IMG/VR virus record: IMGVR_UViG_3300017909_002082
Location: 1 to 33,738 of that record
Source of the DNA: a virus
Lineage: Duplodnaviria; Caudoviricetes
Reading direction: 5' to 3' (one strand)
Length of the DNA stretch: 33,738 nucleotides
Shown here: positions 8,806-18,560 of the stretch, piece by piece
Numbering within the stretch: position 1 is the first letter of the stretch
How the letters are laid out: each line of letters begins with the position of its first letter
Program-made: the position numbers and the translations under genes
Notes under the pieces: generated by a model
Databases searched by the model: none
What the model saw: only the letters and a program-made list of their open reading frames with translations
Told to the model about the DNA's origin: nothing

Positions 8806-10956
8806 GTGGCTATTGATGATCAAACAATACGAAATTTAATTACCGCTATTGAAAACCTTATCAATAGCCTGAACTCAGGTTCAAGTGCGCCTGGTGGGGG
8901 ACCAACCACAGGCGGTCCTGGTGGTGGTGACACAGTAGAGGACATAGAGAAGCGGGAGCGAGCGTTAGCACAATTAACAAAAGAATTAGAACAACAGCTA
9001 ACACTTAAAGGTGAGCTTGCAAAAGCAGAAGAAGATCAACAAGAAAAAATAAAAGATCTCAAAGAGGCTATTAAAAATGCTAGTAGTGCAAGGAAGCGGC
9101 AGCTAGAATTAGAACTTGCGGACGAAGAGAAGAAGCTTGAAACAATTGAAGCTCAAAATGATGCGTACAATGAAGGACGTACGCTATTACAAAAAGTTAA
9201 AGGTGAGGTAGTAAAACTTCAAAATGACCTCGGCGGTACAACCAAAAGTCTTTTCTCTATCACTGGCTTAATGTCAGATTTTCTAGATGGCGCAAAAGAA
9301 GTTGATAAAGTAATAGCCAAACTTAATAAGCAGGGCTTGGCAGGTGTAACAACTTCTCTCAACGATGCTCAGGCATCTGTTGCAAGATTTGGTTTAGGAC
9401 TAGAGGCAGCAGGAGAGTTACTTGTTGGTCTTGGTGGAGGTACTTCAACTTTCAGATTTGAATCAGCAGAGTCTAGAAAAGAACTGCTCCGCACTGCCGC
9501 AGCCTTTAAACAGTTAGGTGTTGATGGTTCAGCATTTGGTGAGCTACAGGCAACATTAGCCAGAAACCTAAATATGACCAGTAAAGAGGTTACTGCTCTA
9601 GCAGATGACTTTTCTACTTTATCGGCACAGACAGGAAAATCTATTGCATCCTTAGTCAGTGATTTTAATAGTGCAGGTGACAGCATTTTGCAATTCGGCT
9701 CACGAGCCACTGATGTGTTTATTGAAACGCAAAAGACAGCAACTCGCTTTGGCGTATCAGTAAATACAGTGCTTGGCATCTTTGAGAAGTTTGATACAAT
9801 TGAGGGTGCTGTTGAAGCCGTGGGTCAATTGAATGCACAATTTGGTATGAACCTTGATCAGTTGCAACTTCTTAGAGCGGAAACTCCTCAAGAGCGATTT
9901 GATATTCTTAAGGAGTCTATTGAGGCTACTGGCAAATCATTTAGTGACCTCTCAAGGCTTGAGCGAAAAGCTATGTCACAAATACTTGGAACGGATATTG
10001 GGGAGTTGCAAAGAGTATTTGGTGCAGGCATTGAGCTAAACGCTGGGCAACAGGGCTTGCAAAAATTAGCTGAAACTACAAAGACAATCGGAGAAAGAAT
10101 CAGCGCCATTTACCAGCAAATAACAACTGGTCTTGCAGAAGCGGGGGTATTTGATAAGATATCAAAAACCATGACCGACGCTTTCGCAGAAGGGGGACCA
10201 GTTGATAACTTTGTAAAGCAGATGTTGCCAAGTATTATATCTTTTGGACAAGCTTTTGCTAGTGGGATTGGCTTTGCGATAACAGCGTTTAAGGTTCTTG
10301 CGCCTGTCATAAAGTTTGTTGGAGGCATAATCCACTCCCTGGTCATAATGCCGATTAAGGGGCTTTTTAATGTTGTTGGCGGTATAGCAGACATGTTTAG
10401 TGGTAATATTGTTGAAGGACTAAAAAGAACTGCTAAAGGTGCCCTCCAAGTGTTTTTCTCACTCGGTCCAATTGGTAGAATTGCTCGTGGTCTGTTTACA
10501 ATATTTCGTGGCATCGGAAGATTCGCTGGCACCTTATCAAGCAAGATAGGAGATATCTTCCGTCGCCTCGGTGAAGGGATTAGGCGGGTACCCTTTATCG
10601 GGAGGCTTTTTGGAGGTCCAGGTGAAATGGTAAAGGCGACTGTTGCCGTTAACGCATTAGAAGCTACTGGCACACTTGATAAGGTATTGCCCACAGAGGA
10701 AAAGGCATTTGCTAAAGGTGGTATTATTAAGCCAGGCACTTCAGGAATCGTTGGAGATCCACTAACGCCAGGCGTACCACGCATAGAACGTGTGACCGCT
10801 ACTTCACAAGGCGCTATGGTTCAGCCCATGCCAAATTCTGGTGGCGGAGGCGCAGCACAAAAAGCGAACGTTGTGATAAATATAGATGGTAAGAAGATGG
10901 GTCAAACGGTTGTTGATTTGATTGACAGTGAACATCACTCTGTATTGGGAGGTTAG
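8806..10956 (+). CDS. Tail tape measure protein
   Basis: Long Ala/Gly/Leu-rich helical protein with an N-terminal coiled coil, hydrophobic G/F/I-rich repeats, an AFAKGGII motif and terminal INIDGKKMG; canonical position; GTG start with AGGAG SD. Confidence 0.85.
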   Translation: MAIDDQTIRNLITAIENLINSLNSGSSAPGGGPTTGGPGGGDTVEDIEKRERALAQLTKELEQQLTLKGELAKAEEDQQEKIKDLKEAIKNASSARKRQLELELADEEKKLETIEAQNDAYNEGRTLLQKVKGEVVKLQNDLGGTTKSLFSITGLMSDFLDGAKEVDKVIAKLNKQGLAGVTTSLNDAQASVARFGLGLEAAGELLVGLGGGTSTFRFESAESRKELLRTAAAFKQLGVDGSAFGELQATLARNLNMTSKEVTALADDFSTLSAQTGKSIASLVSDFNSAGDSILQFGSRATDVFIETQKTATRFGVSVNTVLGIFEKFDTIEGAVEAVGQLNAQFGMNLDQLQLLRAETPQERFDILKESIEATGKSFSDLSRLERKAMSQILGTDIGELQRVFGAGIELNAGQQGLQKLAETTKTIGERISAIYQQITTGLAEAGVFDKISKTMTDAFAEGGPVDNFVKQMLPSIISFGQAFASGIGFAITAFKVLAPVIKFVGGIIHSLVIMPIKGLFNVVGGIADMFSGNIVEGLKRTAKGALQVFFSLGPIGRIARGLFTIFRGIGRFAGTLSSKIGDIFRRLGEGIRRVPFIGRLFGGPGEMVKATVAVNALEATGTLDKVLPTEEKAFAKGGIIKPGTSGIVGDPLTPGVPRIERVTATSQGAMVQPMPNSGGGGAAQKANVVINIDGKKMGQTVVDLIDSEHHSVLGG

Positions 10957-10959
10957 TAA

Positions 10960-11790
10960 ATGACAAGACCAGCATTGGTAGGTCTTGGTGGTGAAGGCGG
11001 CGGAGGCGCTAGCCAAGCAGAAGAAGGCTCCACCAGAGACACACAGGAGAAGCAGCGTCCAGCAGGTACGCCTAGTAATACTTCAGGTCAGGCCGAGATT
11101 GCCGCCATGAAGAACTATGATATTCTAATCACTCATGTGCCAACAAATAAGTCTATCAATTTTCCTGGCGCACTACAAAGTTTTGATGATAGTTTCACAG
11201 CAAACTTCCAGGGCACATCAGTTTATGGCAAAATGGATGACATCATTAGTTATCAGGGCACGAAGCGCTCTATTAACTTTTCATTTGATCTTATTGCAGC
11301 CAGTGATCTAGAGGCAAAAGAAAACCTAGGAAAAATATCAGAACTTCAAAGTTATTTATATCCAAGTTTTGAAGGTGGAAAAAACAGTAGTGTGACCACT
11401 ATACAAGCTCCCCCTCTGTTAAGAATCTTTTTCTCTAACCTTATTAGGTCTTCTGTATCAGGGATGAGAGGCTTGATGGGATATCTTAACACAGTTCAGA
11501 ATGCACCAGACTTTGAAGCAGGGTTTGTAACAGACGATGCTGGTAACATATACCCTAAGAAGTATACGATAAATTTGAGCTTTACAGTCGTGCATGAACA
11601 TGAACTTGGATGGTACAAAGATAAAAAAGGCTGGCAATGGAGGGGCGATAAAAACAATTTCCCTTGCGATCAGGAGTTGCCAGTTGGTTCTAGCACCAGT
11701 GCCACACAAACCAGAAATGAGCAGACTAGCCAACAAAGGGCAGCTAACGAAGGCAAGATACTTAATAATAGTAAAAGGACAAGTTCATAG
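10960..11790 (+). CDS. Baseplate / tail-tube initiator protein
   Basis: F.DSFTANF....VYGKMD.I..YQGTKRSINFSF, L...LYP, APPLLRI motifs typical of tube-initiator proteins directly after the TMP. Confidence 0.7.
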   Translation: MTRPALVGLGGEGGGGASQAEEGSTRDTQEKQRPAGTPSNTSGQAEIAAMKNYDILITHVPTNKSINFPGALQSFDDSFTANFQGTSVYGKMDDIISYQGTKRSINFSFDLIAASDLEAKENLGKISELQSYLYPSFEGGKNSSVTTIQAPPLLRIFFSNLIRSSVSGMRGLMGYLNTVQNAPDFEAGFVTDDAGNIYPKKYTINLSFTVVHEHELGWYKDKKGWQWRGDKNNFPCDQELPVGSSTSATQTRNEQTSQQRAANEGKILNNSKRTSS

Positions 11791-11798
11791 GAGTTTTT

Positions 11799-12143
11799 AT
11801 GGCTTATAGAAGATATGCAGAACGTGACATTATCATTAATGATGATGAACAATATAAGAGGCAGTTCTATAAAGGCAAAGACTTGGAAACTTTGTCTCAC
11901 TATGGAACAGCAGAGTTAGCTTACCCCACACCAGAAGAGATAGAAGATTTAGATATCGTGACTGTCACTTGGTCAACTGGGACTCGCTTGTTTAAATTGG
12001 CGAATCAATTTTATGGTGACCCTACTTTGTGGTGGGTTATAGGTTTCTTTAATCAAAAACCAACAGATGCACACTATAAAATAGGAGATGTCATTTCTAT
12101 ACCAACCCCTATAGAAAGAGTCCTAAGGATAATAAAGGTGTAA
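11799..12143 (+). CDS. LysM-type baseplate wedge protein (gp53 / tail X-like)
   Basis: RLFKLANQFYGDPTLWWVI..FN......IGDVISIP is the LysM-like baseplate motif. Confidence 0.85.
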   Translation: MAYRRYAERDIIINDDEQYKRQFYKGKDLETLSHYGTAELAYPTPEEIEDLDIVTVTWSTGTRLFKLANQFYGDPTLWWVIGFFNQKPTDAHYKIGDVISIPTPIERVLRIIKV

Positions 12144-12146
12144 TTC

Positions 12147-14750
12147 ATGTCGTCAGATAACTCAACAGTTGTAAGCAATGCGAGGCGTACCAATATACAA
12201 GCATTTCTGATGGCAAATGCACACCTACTTGATCTTAAGGGTGAAGCATATAAGCATATTGTTGCGACTGAACTTAAGGAAGGGCCTGGGCAGCTTACAA
12301 CAAAAGCTTTGGCTTTGAATGGGGCAGAGACTTATTTTAATGCTACGCCAGCACAGATGTCTTCTATTGTGCCACAGCTAAGACTATTTTTAGTTCAAGG
12401 CGGCGGCAAGAAAGATGTAGAGATACACTTCAATGGAAAGACAACATTTGATATGTATAATCGTGGTTCAAATGATTATACAAAACAAAGACCTACAACA
12501 ACAACCATTTTTAGAGAACAATCTGAAAACATTGCAGCAGGTCTAAAAAACTTTTCTATAAGTATTAATGATCGTTATGGACTTAGAGCTATTACGGGCA
12601 AGATGCAGTTGTTTTTTAGAAGTCCTGGCGATTTAGTAAAGGGACCATATAGAGAGTTTATAGAAATTATTAAACGAGGCGGAGGCAGTCTAGAAACTGC
12701 TGAAGGTCGCCAATCAGAAATTAAAAAGCTTCAAGATCAGATCAAAGCGATAGAGAGCTTCCTTGAGAACAGAGATAAGAAAGACCAAAGTGCTAAATAT
12801 TTTAGTGCTAAAGCACCTGCGCCACCCTCTTTAAAGGCAGTGTTGGGCTGGTCATCTCCCAAACAGTCTGGAGCCTCTCCCGACGCACCAGATGACCCCA
12901 AGTCAAAAAAGCTCTATAAGTTCCTAGAATCAAACAGAGTGACGTTTATCCTAAACGTTTCTAAGCATACTATAGGGTTTGGAGATCAAGGAGAGCTTAC
13001 TTTAGACATGGACTTGAATGGTCATGTAGATGATGTCGGCGGTGGCTCAGAAGAAGCAGACATATTTAAAAATACATATGAGGTTTTCAATTCAAAACAA
13101 GCGACCACCGCTCGCCGATTTGAGCGTGGCTATAGTTCAACAAATTTAAAGTTGACAACCACTCCCATCAAGACCAGGATTTCAAGTGCGACACTATTTG
13201 GAACTAGTGACCCCGCAGCGATACTTGAGAAATTAAAAGATTATCCTGACAGTGGTTATCTTAAGAAGTTTAAAAATAAAGTCAATGAAAAGTTAAAGAA
13301 GGTATATGTTCCACCCTCGCCTGACACAGAGGATGATGAGGCTAGTATAAACTCAACTATACCCGCTCTATCATTTGACATAGACATAGAAGAGATTAGA
13401 CTAGAGAGAGAACTAGCCACGCTGAAGAAGAAGGTTGCTACCGTGTTGGCTCGTGACGAGTCTTCTAAATCCAAAGAGGGTATAAAAGATGCAGACCAGT
13501 ATCTCAGGAAGATAACGAATCTTTACTCACGATGTCAAAAAGATTTGATTCGTATCAAACATAAGAATTTCTTTGAAGCACTAGAAGCAGACGGAAAAAT
13601 AAAGCAAGTAGAAATTAGCGAAGAAGTTTTAGGAAATCTAGAGGCTAATCCCGACGGCAAATTATATCAACCGATTAGAGCTACCAGAAGAGACATAACT
13701 CAACCATCACCCAGCAACTCTGGCGAGGTCCAAAGTAGGATTTTTGCTCGTTTTGATGCACAACAGAGAGGTCAAGCGCAGACTCTCAACAAGAGCAACA
13801 ATATATTTCTTGAGGGTTCTAAGCAAGTGCAAAGAGGCAGCCAGTCTAGAAGGATAGTACACTTTATTCGCCTGGGAGACATAGTAGACGTTGCGTTTCA
13901 CAATACCGACTTAGCTATCAGTAATAGAACTGGGAAGGCATCCTACCGTGTAGTGTTTGACAGTATAAAGCTAGCGGCAGGTAATAGTGCCAAAACTTAT
14001 TGTTTAGCCGATATTCCAATATATCTAAATCATTTTCATGCTTTCTTTTATAACAAGCTAATCAAGGCACAGGTTAAGTCAATGACGCTTATGGATTTTC
14101 TTGAGAGATTACTTGAGTACATTGGCGGCGGCTTAACAATAGCCCTAACTGAGACGAAAGCAAACCAGGAGTATGTCCCTAATGTGGTGCCCATCTCAAG
14201 AGCAAGCAAGGCATTTAAATTAGACCCCCAAAGAAGATACAAAGATTTTAGTTTAAATGCTACGTCAGCAGCGTACCTTGAAAATCAGATTGCTGACGCA
14301 GAAGATCATAATAAGCTTTTGTTTGTTACTATGCGAGGAATAGAGATTGGACGAGAAGCTGACGTAAAGAAGGACAGCCAGATTGGAATCAATCATATAG
14401 TTGTTGGAGCCAATAAGGGTCCGCTGATAAAAGTAGCCTTTAGTGAACAAAACAACCCATACATAAAGACAATGAATGTTCAGGAGGGCTCTTCTCAATT
14501 TCCTATCGTTAAGCAAAATGCTAACCTAACACTTATGGGTTGCCCAATATTTTATCAAAGTCAGACCATTTATATAGATGCAGATTTTGCACTCATGGGC
14601 GCAGGAAGAGATCTTGGCATTGGTGGCTACTATGCAATAGCATCTGTTGACCATAACTTTGATGGAGTTAACTTTACTACTGAACTTAAATGTTACTGGA
14701 TATCAGACTCAGTTACAGGCAGACCTCGTCGCAGGCGGAGGAACAATTAA
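12147..14750 (+). CDS. Large baseplate hub protein (gp27 / late-control-D-like)
   Basis: Follows the LysM gene; C-terminal ANLTLMGCP.F..SQTIYID...LGIGGYYAI.SVDHNF...NFTT.L is characteristic of hub proteins. Confidence 0.6.
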   Translation: MSSDNSTVVSNARRTNIQAFLMANAHLLDLKGEAYKHIVATELKEGPGQLTTKALALNGAETYFNATPAQMSSIVPQLRLFLVQGGGKKDVEIHFNGKTTFDMYNRGSNDYTKQRPTTTTIFREQSENIAAGLKNFSISINDRYGLRAITGKMQLFFRSPGDLVKGPYREFIEIIKRGGGSLETAEGRQSEIKKLQDQIKAIESFLENRDKKDQSAKYFSAKAPAPPSLKAVLGWSSPKQSGASPDAPDDPKSKKLYKFLESNRVTFILNVSKHTIGFGDQGELTLDMDLNGHVDDVGGGSEEADIFKNTYEVFNSKQATTARRFERGYSSTNLKLTTTPIKTRISSATLFGTSDPAAILEKLKDYPDSGYLKKFKNKVNEKLKKVYVPPSPDTEDDEASINSTIPALSFDIDIEEIRLERELATLKKKVATVLARDESSKSKEGIKDADQYLRKITNLYSRCQKDLIRIKHKNFFEALEADGKIKQVEISEEVLGNLEANPDGKLYQPIRATRRDITQPSPSNSGEVQSRIFARFDAQQRGQAQTLNKSNNIFLEGSKQVQRGSQSRRIVHFIRLGDIVDVAFHNTDLAISNRTGKASYRVVFDSIKLAAGNSAKTYCLADIPIYLNHFHAFFYNKLIKAQVKSMTLMDFLERLLEYIGGGLTIALTETKANQEYVPNVVPISRASKAFKLDPQRRYKDFSLNATSAAYLENQIADAEDHNKLLFVTMRGIEIGREADVKKDSQIGINHIVVGANKGPLIKVAFSEQNNPYIKTMNVQEGSSQFPIVKQNANLTLMGCPIFYQSQTIYIDADFALMGAGRDLGIGGYYAIASVDHNFDGVNFTTELKCYWISDSVTGRPRRRRRNN

Positions 14751-16030
14751 TGCCTAGAGACCTTTCAGATGACAAAAAGGTATCATTTGGTTCTAACAGT
14801 ATGGGGGCACAAGAGGCCTTTGCGCAGAAGAAAAGATATTATGAAGATATCTTTACTGATGATCTGATAGAGAACTCCTTCTCCTTTTGGGGCGACTTTC
14901 GTTTATATGGAAGAGTTAACCGCACAGGCGAAGCAATTATTCCAAAAGAGAGCAGCTTAGACGCATTGGCATTCACAAAAGATAATGAAGCAGTATTTGC
15001 TCTCAACTTTGTTGCAGATGCGTTTGCTGATCTAATAACAAAGATGACTGAGTGCATACAGGAACAAAGAGCATTTCCCAGTGGTCCATATTCTAATATG
15101 GTAGCACACAAAGGCTGGTCTAATGTTAATAGAATGTACGACAACTACATCAAAAAGTTTGTGTACACACCCTTTGTTGAAATTTACATGGATGATAAGA
15201 GAAATCAGAAAAAGTGTGTCAATTATAAAGGATTCTTAGAAGTTTTTGGCTCCTTTGTGAAGCAAAGCTCCGTGATCGTGCCAACAACACGAACTGGGTT
15301 CATAGAAAGCTCCTATTGCACGCCATATATTAGCGGATTGGTTATAGATTTAGCTAAAGCTGACTATTCCGAGGACTTTCTGAAGACAAACAACTTTATA
15401 TCTGACCGAAACTTCCTTTTCTTTGCTGATCTAGCTAAGCAGTATGGCTTTATGATAGATCGCAACGCTCCATGGAGGCTAATTTGCAATTTAAACTCCA
15501 GAGCAACCAAGCGATATGCCATGGCAAGGGGATATGATCCAGGCGAAGAGGATTTTGTTGACTTTATCCACGATAACCTGTATGTTAAATCAAATCAGCT
15601 TGACATGGTCATACATTCGGTATATCTTAAGGATATGTACGATTCTTATGTGGAGAGAAACCCACTTCACTTTGATATTAGGATTCCATCCTCCAGAACT
15701 TGCAGCATAGTTGATGTTGTTACGGCAAGACAAGAGATACCAGATGGAATTATGGACTTGAGTGTTGGTGAATATCGCTACAAGTGGTCAATCAGGTCAT
15801 ACTACTACCTGAGAATGTTTGAAAGGAACTCATACTTTGATTCTACAGCTAGGATGCCAAGATACGTGACATACAATGAGATACCCATGGCTGTACACTC
15901 AAAGAACTTAAGGTTTTTGTATGATGTCTTTATGGCTGCTGGTGGCAGCAGAGAGCAGACCAGAGCAAGTGCGTACATACAGACCATTGAGACGCTTGAG
16001 AAAGAGATACTAGGAATCGGTTTAGGGTAA
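14750..16030 (+). CDS. Hypothetical protein (426 aa), last gene of the baseplate operon
   Basis: ATG at 14750 overlaps the hub stop (TAATG) with a GGAGG SD; this start is preferred over the 14690 track start; aromatic-rich, no family recognised. Confidence 0.75.
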   Translation: MPRDLSDDKKVSFGSNSMGAQEAFAQKKRYYEDIFTDDLIENSFSFWGDFRLYGRVNRTGEAIIPKESSLDALAFTKDNEAVFALNFVADAFADLITKMTECIQEQRAFPSGPYSNMVAHKGWSNVNRMYDNYIKKFVYTPFVEIYMDDKRNQKKCVNYKGFLEVFGSFVKQSSVIVPTTRTGFIESSYCTPYISGLVIDLAKADYSEDFLKTNNFISDRNFLFFADLAKQYGFMIDRNAPWRLICNLNSRATKRYAMARGYDPGEEDFVDFIHDNLYVKSNQLDMVIHSVYLKDMYDSYVERNPLHFDIRIPSSRTCSIVDVVTARQEIPDGIMDLSVGEYRYKWSIRSYYYLRMFERNSYFDSTARMPRYVTYNEIPMAVHSKNLRFLYDVFMAAGGSREQTRASAYIQTIETLEKEILGIGLG

Positions 16031-16056
16031 ACAAAAATCACATTTTGTGATAGGTT
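16028..16056 (+). promoter_or_regulatory. sigma70-like promoter TAAACA-N17-TAGGTT, extended -10
   Basis: Same layout as 7328; marks the switch from structural to replication genes; the ATG lies 7 nt after the -10. Confidence 0.55.
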
Positions 16057-16062
16057 ACATTT

Positions 16063-17280
16063 ATGTTATTTCAGACGCTAGACGACAAGAGACAGTGTGT
16101 CGGTATTTACTTTGATAGTGAACTATACTTTGACATACAGGACTTCCCACAAGAACTTACCAGAAGCTGGAAGTATACTCCCTTCATGCAGGGCTACAGA
16201 GGGGTAGAATATGCAGAGCTATATGCGCTAGGCAAGACAATTGACGAGTGCTGCCCAGAGCACTTAAGAGATGATTGGGATCAGGCTAAGAACAGAATCA
16301 AGGCATTCATCAAGGCAAATAGGACAGCGGGCCTGTCTTCCTCTGCATATTGTATGTTTGATATGATTCCTCCATCATTCCTTAAGCAGTTCTGTCATGC
16401 AAAGAATCTGATCAGTGACTGGGTAATCTCTAACTATAAGAAGCCAGTCAACTACAAATATCTGCTAGCTACAACAGAGATGCTGCGAGACATAGAGCAC
16501 TATGATATTCGCATTGACACTGAAGCCTTAGAAGCTAAGGAAGGCGATCCTTCTGCTCGGCAACTTATAGACAGAGTTAAAAGTTATAAGACAAAGGTAA
16601 AGTATGATCTCTTTGCAACTCGTACTGGACGCTTGGCGACAACCAAAAGATCCTTTCCATTGTTCACACTCAAGAAGGGGCACAGAAACGTCGTCCTTCC
16701 TAAGAACGATTTCTTTGTAGAGCTTGACTTCAATGGGGCAGAACTGAGAACCCTCTTGGCATTGTCTGACAAGGAACAGCCAAGTGGCGATGTGCATGAC
16801 TGGAATGTTCACAATGTGTTTGATGATAAGGTCTCCAGAGATGAAGCCAAAGTGTTGTTCTTCTCTTGGTTGTATGGGTCAAGGTCAGAGGATCTAAAAG
16901 ACTGGGTTCGCCCATTGGGTCTAGCATATGACACACGACAGCTAAAAAGGAAGCACTTTGATAACGGCTTGGTGCTTACGCCATACAGCAGGCAGTTAGA
17001 GTGCAGCGACCGACTGTTTGTTAACTATCTTATTCAGTCAACAACTGCGGATATATGCTACGAGCAGTTTGTGAAGGTTTGGACAGCACTTCGCAGCAAG
17101 GCTAGTGAGGTAGCGTTTGTGTTGCACGATGCTATCGTAATTGACTTGAAGTTGGAAGACAAAGACTTGATTGAGGATCTAGCTAAAGTAATGAGCCAGA
17201 CTAGGTTTGGTAAATACTCTGTCAATGTCAGCATTGGCAAGAACTTTAGAGACATGAGGAAAACAAAGATCAGTGTTTAG
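16063..17280 (+). CDS. Minimal family A DNA polymerase (polymerase domain only)
   Basis: TRTGRL, motif A ELDFNGAELR, motif B RDEAKVLFFSWLYG, NYLIQSTTADI, motif C LHDAI; no recognisable exonuclease motifs. Confidence 0.88.
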   Translation: MLFQTLDDKRQCVGIYFDSELYFDIQDFPQELTRSWKYTPFMQGYRGVEYAELYALGKTIDECCPEHLRDDWDQAKNRIKAFIKANRTAGLSSSAYCMFDMIPPSFLKQFCHAKNLISDWVISNYKKPVNYKYLLATTEMLRDIEHYDIRIDTEALEAKEGDPSARQLIDRVKSYKTKVKYDLFATRTGRLATTKRSFPLFTLKKGHRNVVLPKNDFFVELDFNGAELRTLLALSDKEQPSGDVHDWNVHNVFDDKVSRDEAKVLFFSWLYGSRSEDLKDWVRPLGLAYDTRQLKRKHFDNGLVLTPYSRQLECSDRLFVNYLIQSTTADICYEQFVKVWTALRSKASEVAFVLHDAIVIDLKLEDKDLIEDLAKVMSQTRFGKYSVNVSIGKNFRDMRKTKISV

Positions 17281-18088
17281 AATTATTGGCATAGGCAAGG
17301 TTGGTTGTTCTATAGCAACTCACTTTGATAAATTACCGCAATATGATGTTACCCTGCTAGACGAGGAGGTGCTTGGTACATACTCTAATATGGAGGAGTG
17401 TGAAAAGAAAGTAGACACTAAAAAGTTTAGTGCTATTGCCAGGCGGTTTCGTAAAGATGAAGAAGTCTTAATTATAACGCAAGGCTCAGACTCATTGAAT
17501 GGTTGTCTTCTCCTGCTGGGGCAGAAGATCAGTAAATGTAAGGTGTCGCTGCTACATATCTACCCCGACTTATCTCTTAGCACTTTGACGGAAAGAACAA
17601 ACAATAAGATAACGTTTGGTGTCTTGCAAGAGATGACACGATCAGGCTTGTTTGAAAGGTTTTATGTTGCGTCTATTGAAGAAGTAGAAAAGCATCTAGA
17701 CAACGTTAGCTTAAGCGAGATGAATCAGAAGATCGGCGAGTTGGTGTTTGGTATGCTTAGCATGTTGATCTACTTTGATCACACAACACCAGCCCGATCA
17801 AACTATGAGCGAAGCAAAGAGGCTGTTAGGTTGTGCACGATTGGCTACTTTGACGAGCAAAACAATGAGCACTCCTTGTTTCCACTGGAAAACATAAAAG
17901 AGAAGATTTATTACTACGGCATCCCAGAGGAAGAATTTAATACAGAAAGATTGAAGCAAATTAAGCAACACCAAATTGCCTTAAACCAACGGGAGAACAA
18001 CTCTTTCTTTAAGGCTTATGCGCTCTCTGGCGACGAAACACATAGATACTTCGTCCACCTAACTGATATTCCGCAAATTAGCGACTAA
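17273..18088 (+). CDS. Divergent tubulin/FtsZ-like protein
   Basis: N-terminal IIGIGKVGCSIA matches the FtsZ/tubulin T1 loop (VIGVGGGG.N); the signature position reads QGSDSLNG rather than GGGTG[S/T]G; GTG start overlaps the polymerase stop by 8 nt. Confidence 0.55.
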   Translation: MFRIIGIGKVGCSIATHFDKLPQYDVTLLDEEVLGTYSNMEECEKKVDTKKFSAIARRFRKDEEVLIITQGSDSLNGCLLLLGQKISKCKVSLLHIYPDLSLSTLTERTNNKITFGVLQEMTRSGLFERFYVASIEEVEKHLDNVSLSEMNQKIGELVFGMLSMLIYFDHTTPARSNYERSKEAVRLCTIGYFDEQNNEHSLFPLENIKEKIYYYGIPEEEFNTERLKQIKQHQIALNQRENNSFFKAYALSGDETHRYFVHLTDIPQISD

Positions 18089-18093
18089 TTAGA
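18084..18093 (+). promoter_or_regulatory. Putative late-promoter motif (ACTAATTAGA)
   Basis: ACTANTTA overlapping the tubulin stop, upstream of the 18119 ORF SD (GGAG). Confidence 0.4.
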
Positions 18094-18118
18094 CTAAAGT
18101 GGTGATGGAGAAGTAAAT

Positions 18119-18529
18119 TTGCGTCAAGGTATATTATTAGCTTCGTTTGTGTATGCAACAAACGATGAAGAAGAAATGAACATAATCAATGAGATTATTA
18201 ATACCGTGGAGCTTACGAACAAGTACATCTTCGTTCTATCTGAAAAAGAGAACCCTGAAAAAAGGGTTATCACATACAATACAAACCACGAAGGCCAGAC
18301 AAAGATAAAAGAGACCTACTACACCATTCGTGTGCATAGAAAGAAGAAGACCAACACCCTTTACACTATCAATGGTCTCAACTTAGCTCTAGAAAAAGAG
18401 CATGACGGCAAAAGAGGCAAAGACCTTAAGCTTGACTGGGAGTCCCACAGAGGTACCCTAATCATGTCCCAGGCTGGAACACTAAAAACAATCCAGCTTG
18501 ATTTGCAAAAGATTGTAGAAGTTAGTTGA
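18119..18529 (+). CDS. Hypothetical protein (VHRKKxTNTLYTINxLN motif)
   Basis: TTG start with GGAG SD; the basic motif RVHRKKKTNTLYTINGLN resembles, from memory, a conserved unknown large-phage protein; function not assignable. Confidence 0.75.
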   Translation: MRQGILLASFVYATNDEEEMNIINEIINTVELTNKYIFVLSEKENPEKRVITYNTNHEGQTKIKETYYTIRVHRKKKTNTLYTINGLNLALEKEHDGKRGKDLKLDWESHRGTLIMSQAGTLKTIQLDLQKIVEVS

Positions 18530-18554
18530 CACATAGGTCACCCTGTAGTATATT
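18526..18554 (+). promoter_or_regulatory. sigma70 promoter TTGACA-N17-TATATT
   Basis: Consensus -35, 17-nt spacer, 5/6 -10; the next ATG lies 7 nt downstream. Confidence 0.75.
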
Positions 18555-18560
18555 TACTAT

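Noticed and set aside
10110-10784. 224-aa antisense ORF (and 9369-9779) within the tape measure gene
   Set aside because: Shadow of the biased sense-strand codons; Pro/Ile-rich nonsense composition, no motifs.
1-16030. Bacterial extracellular contractile injection system or tailocin
   Set aside because: Capsid, neck and a full replication module are present, so this is a phage.
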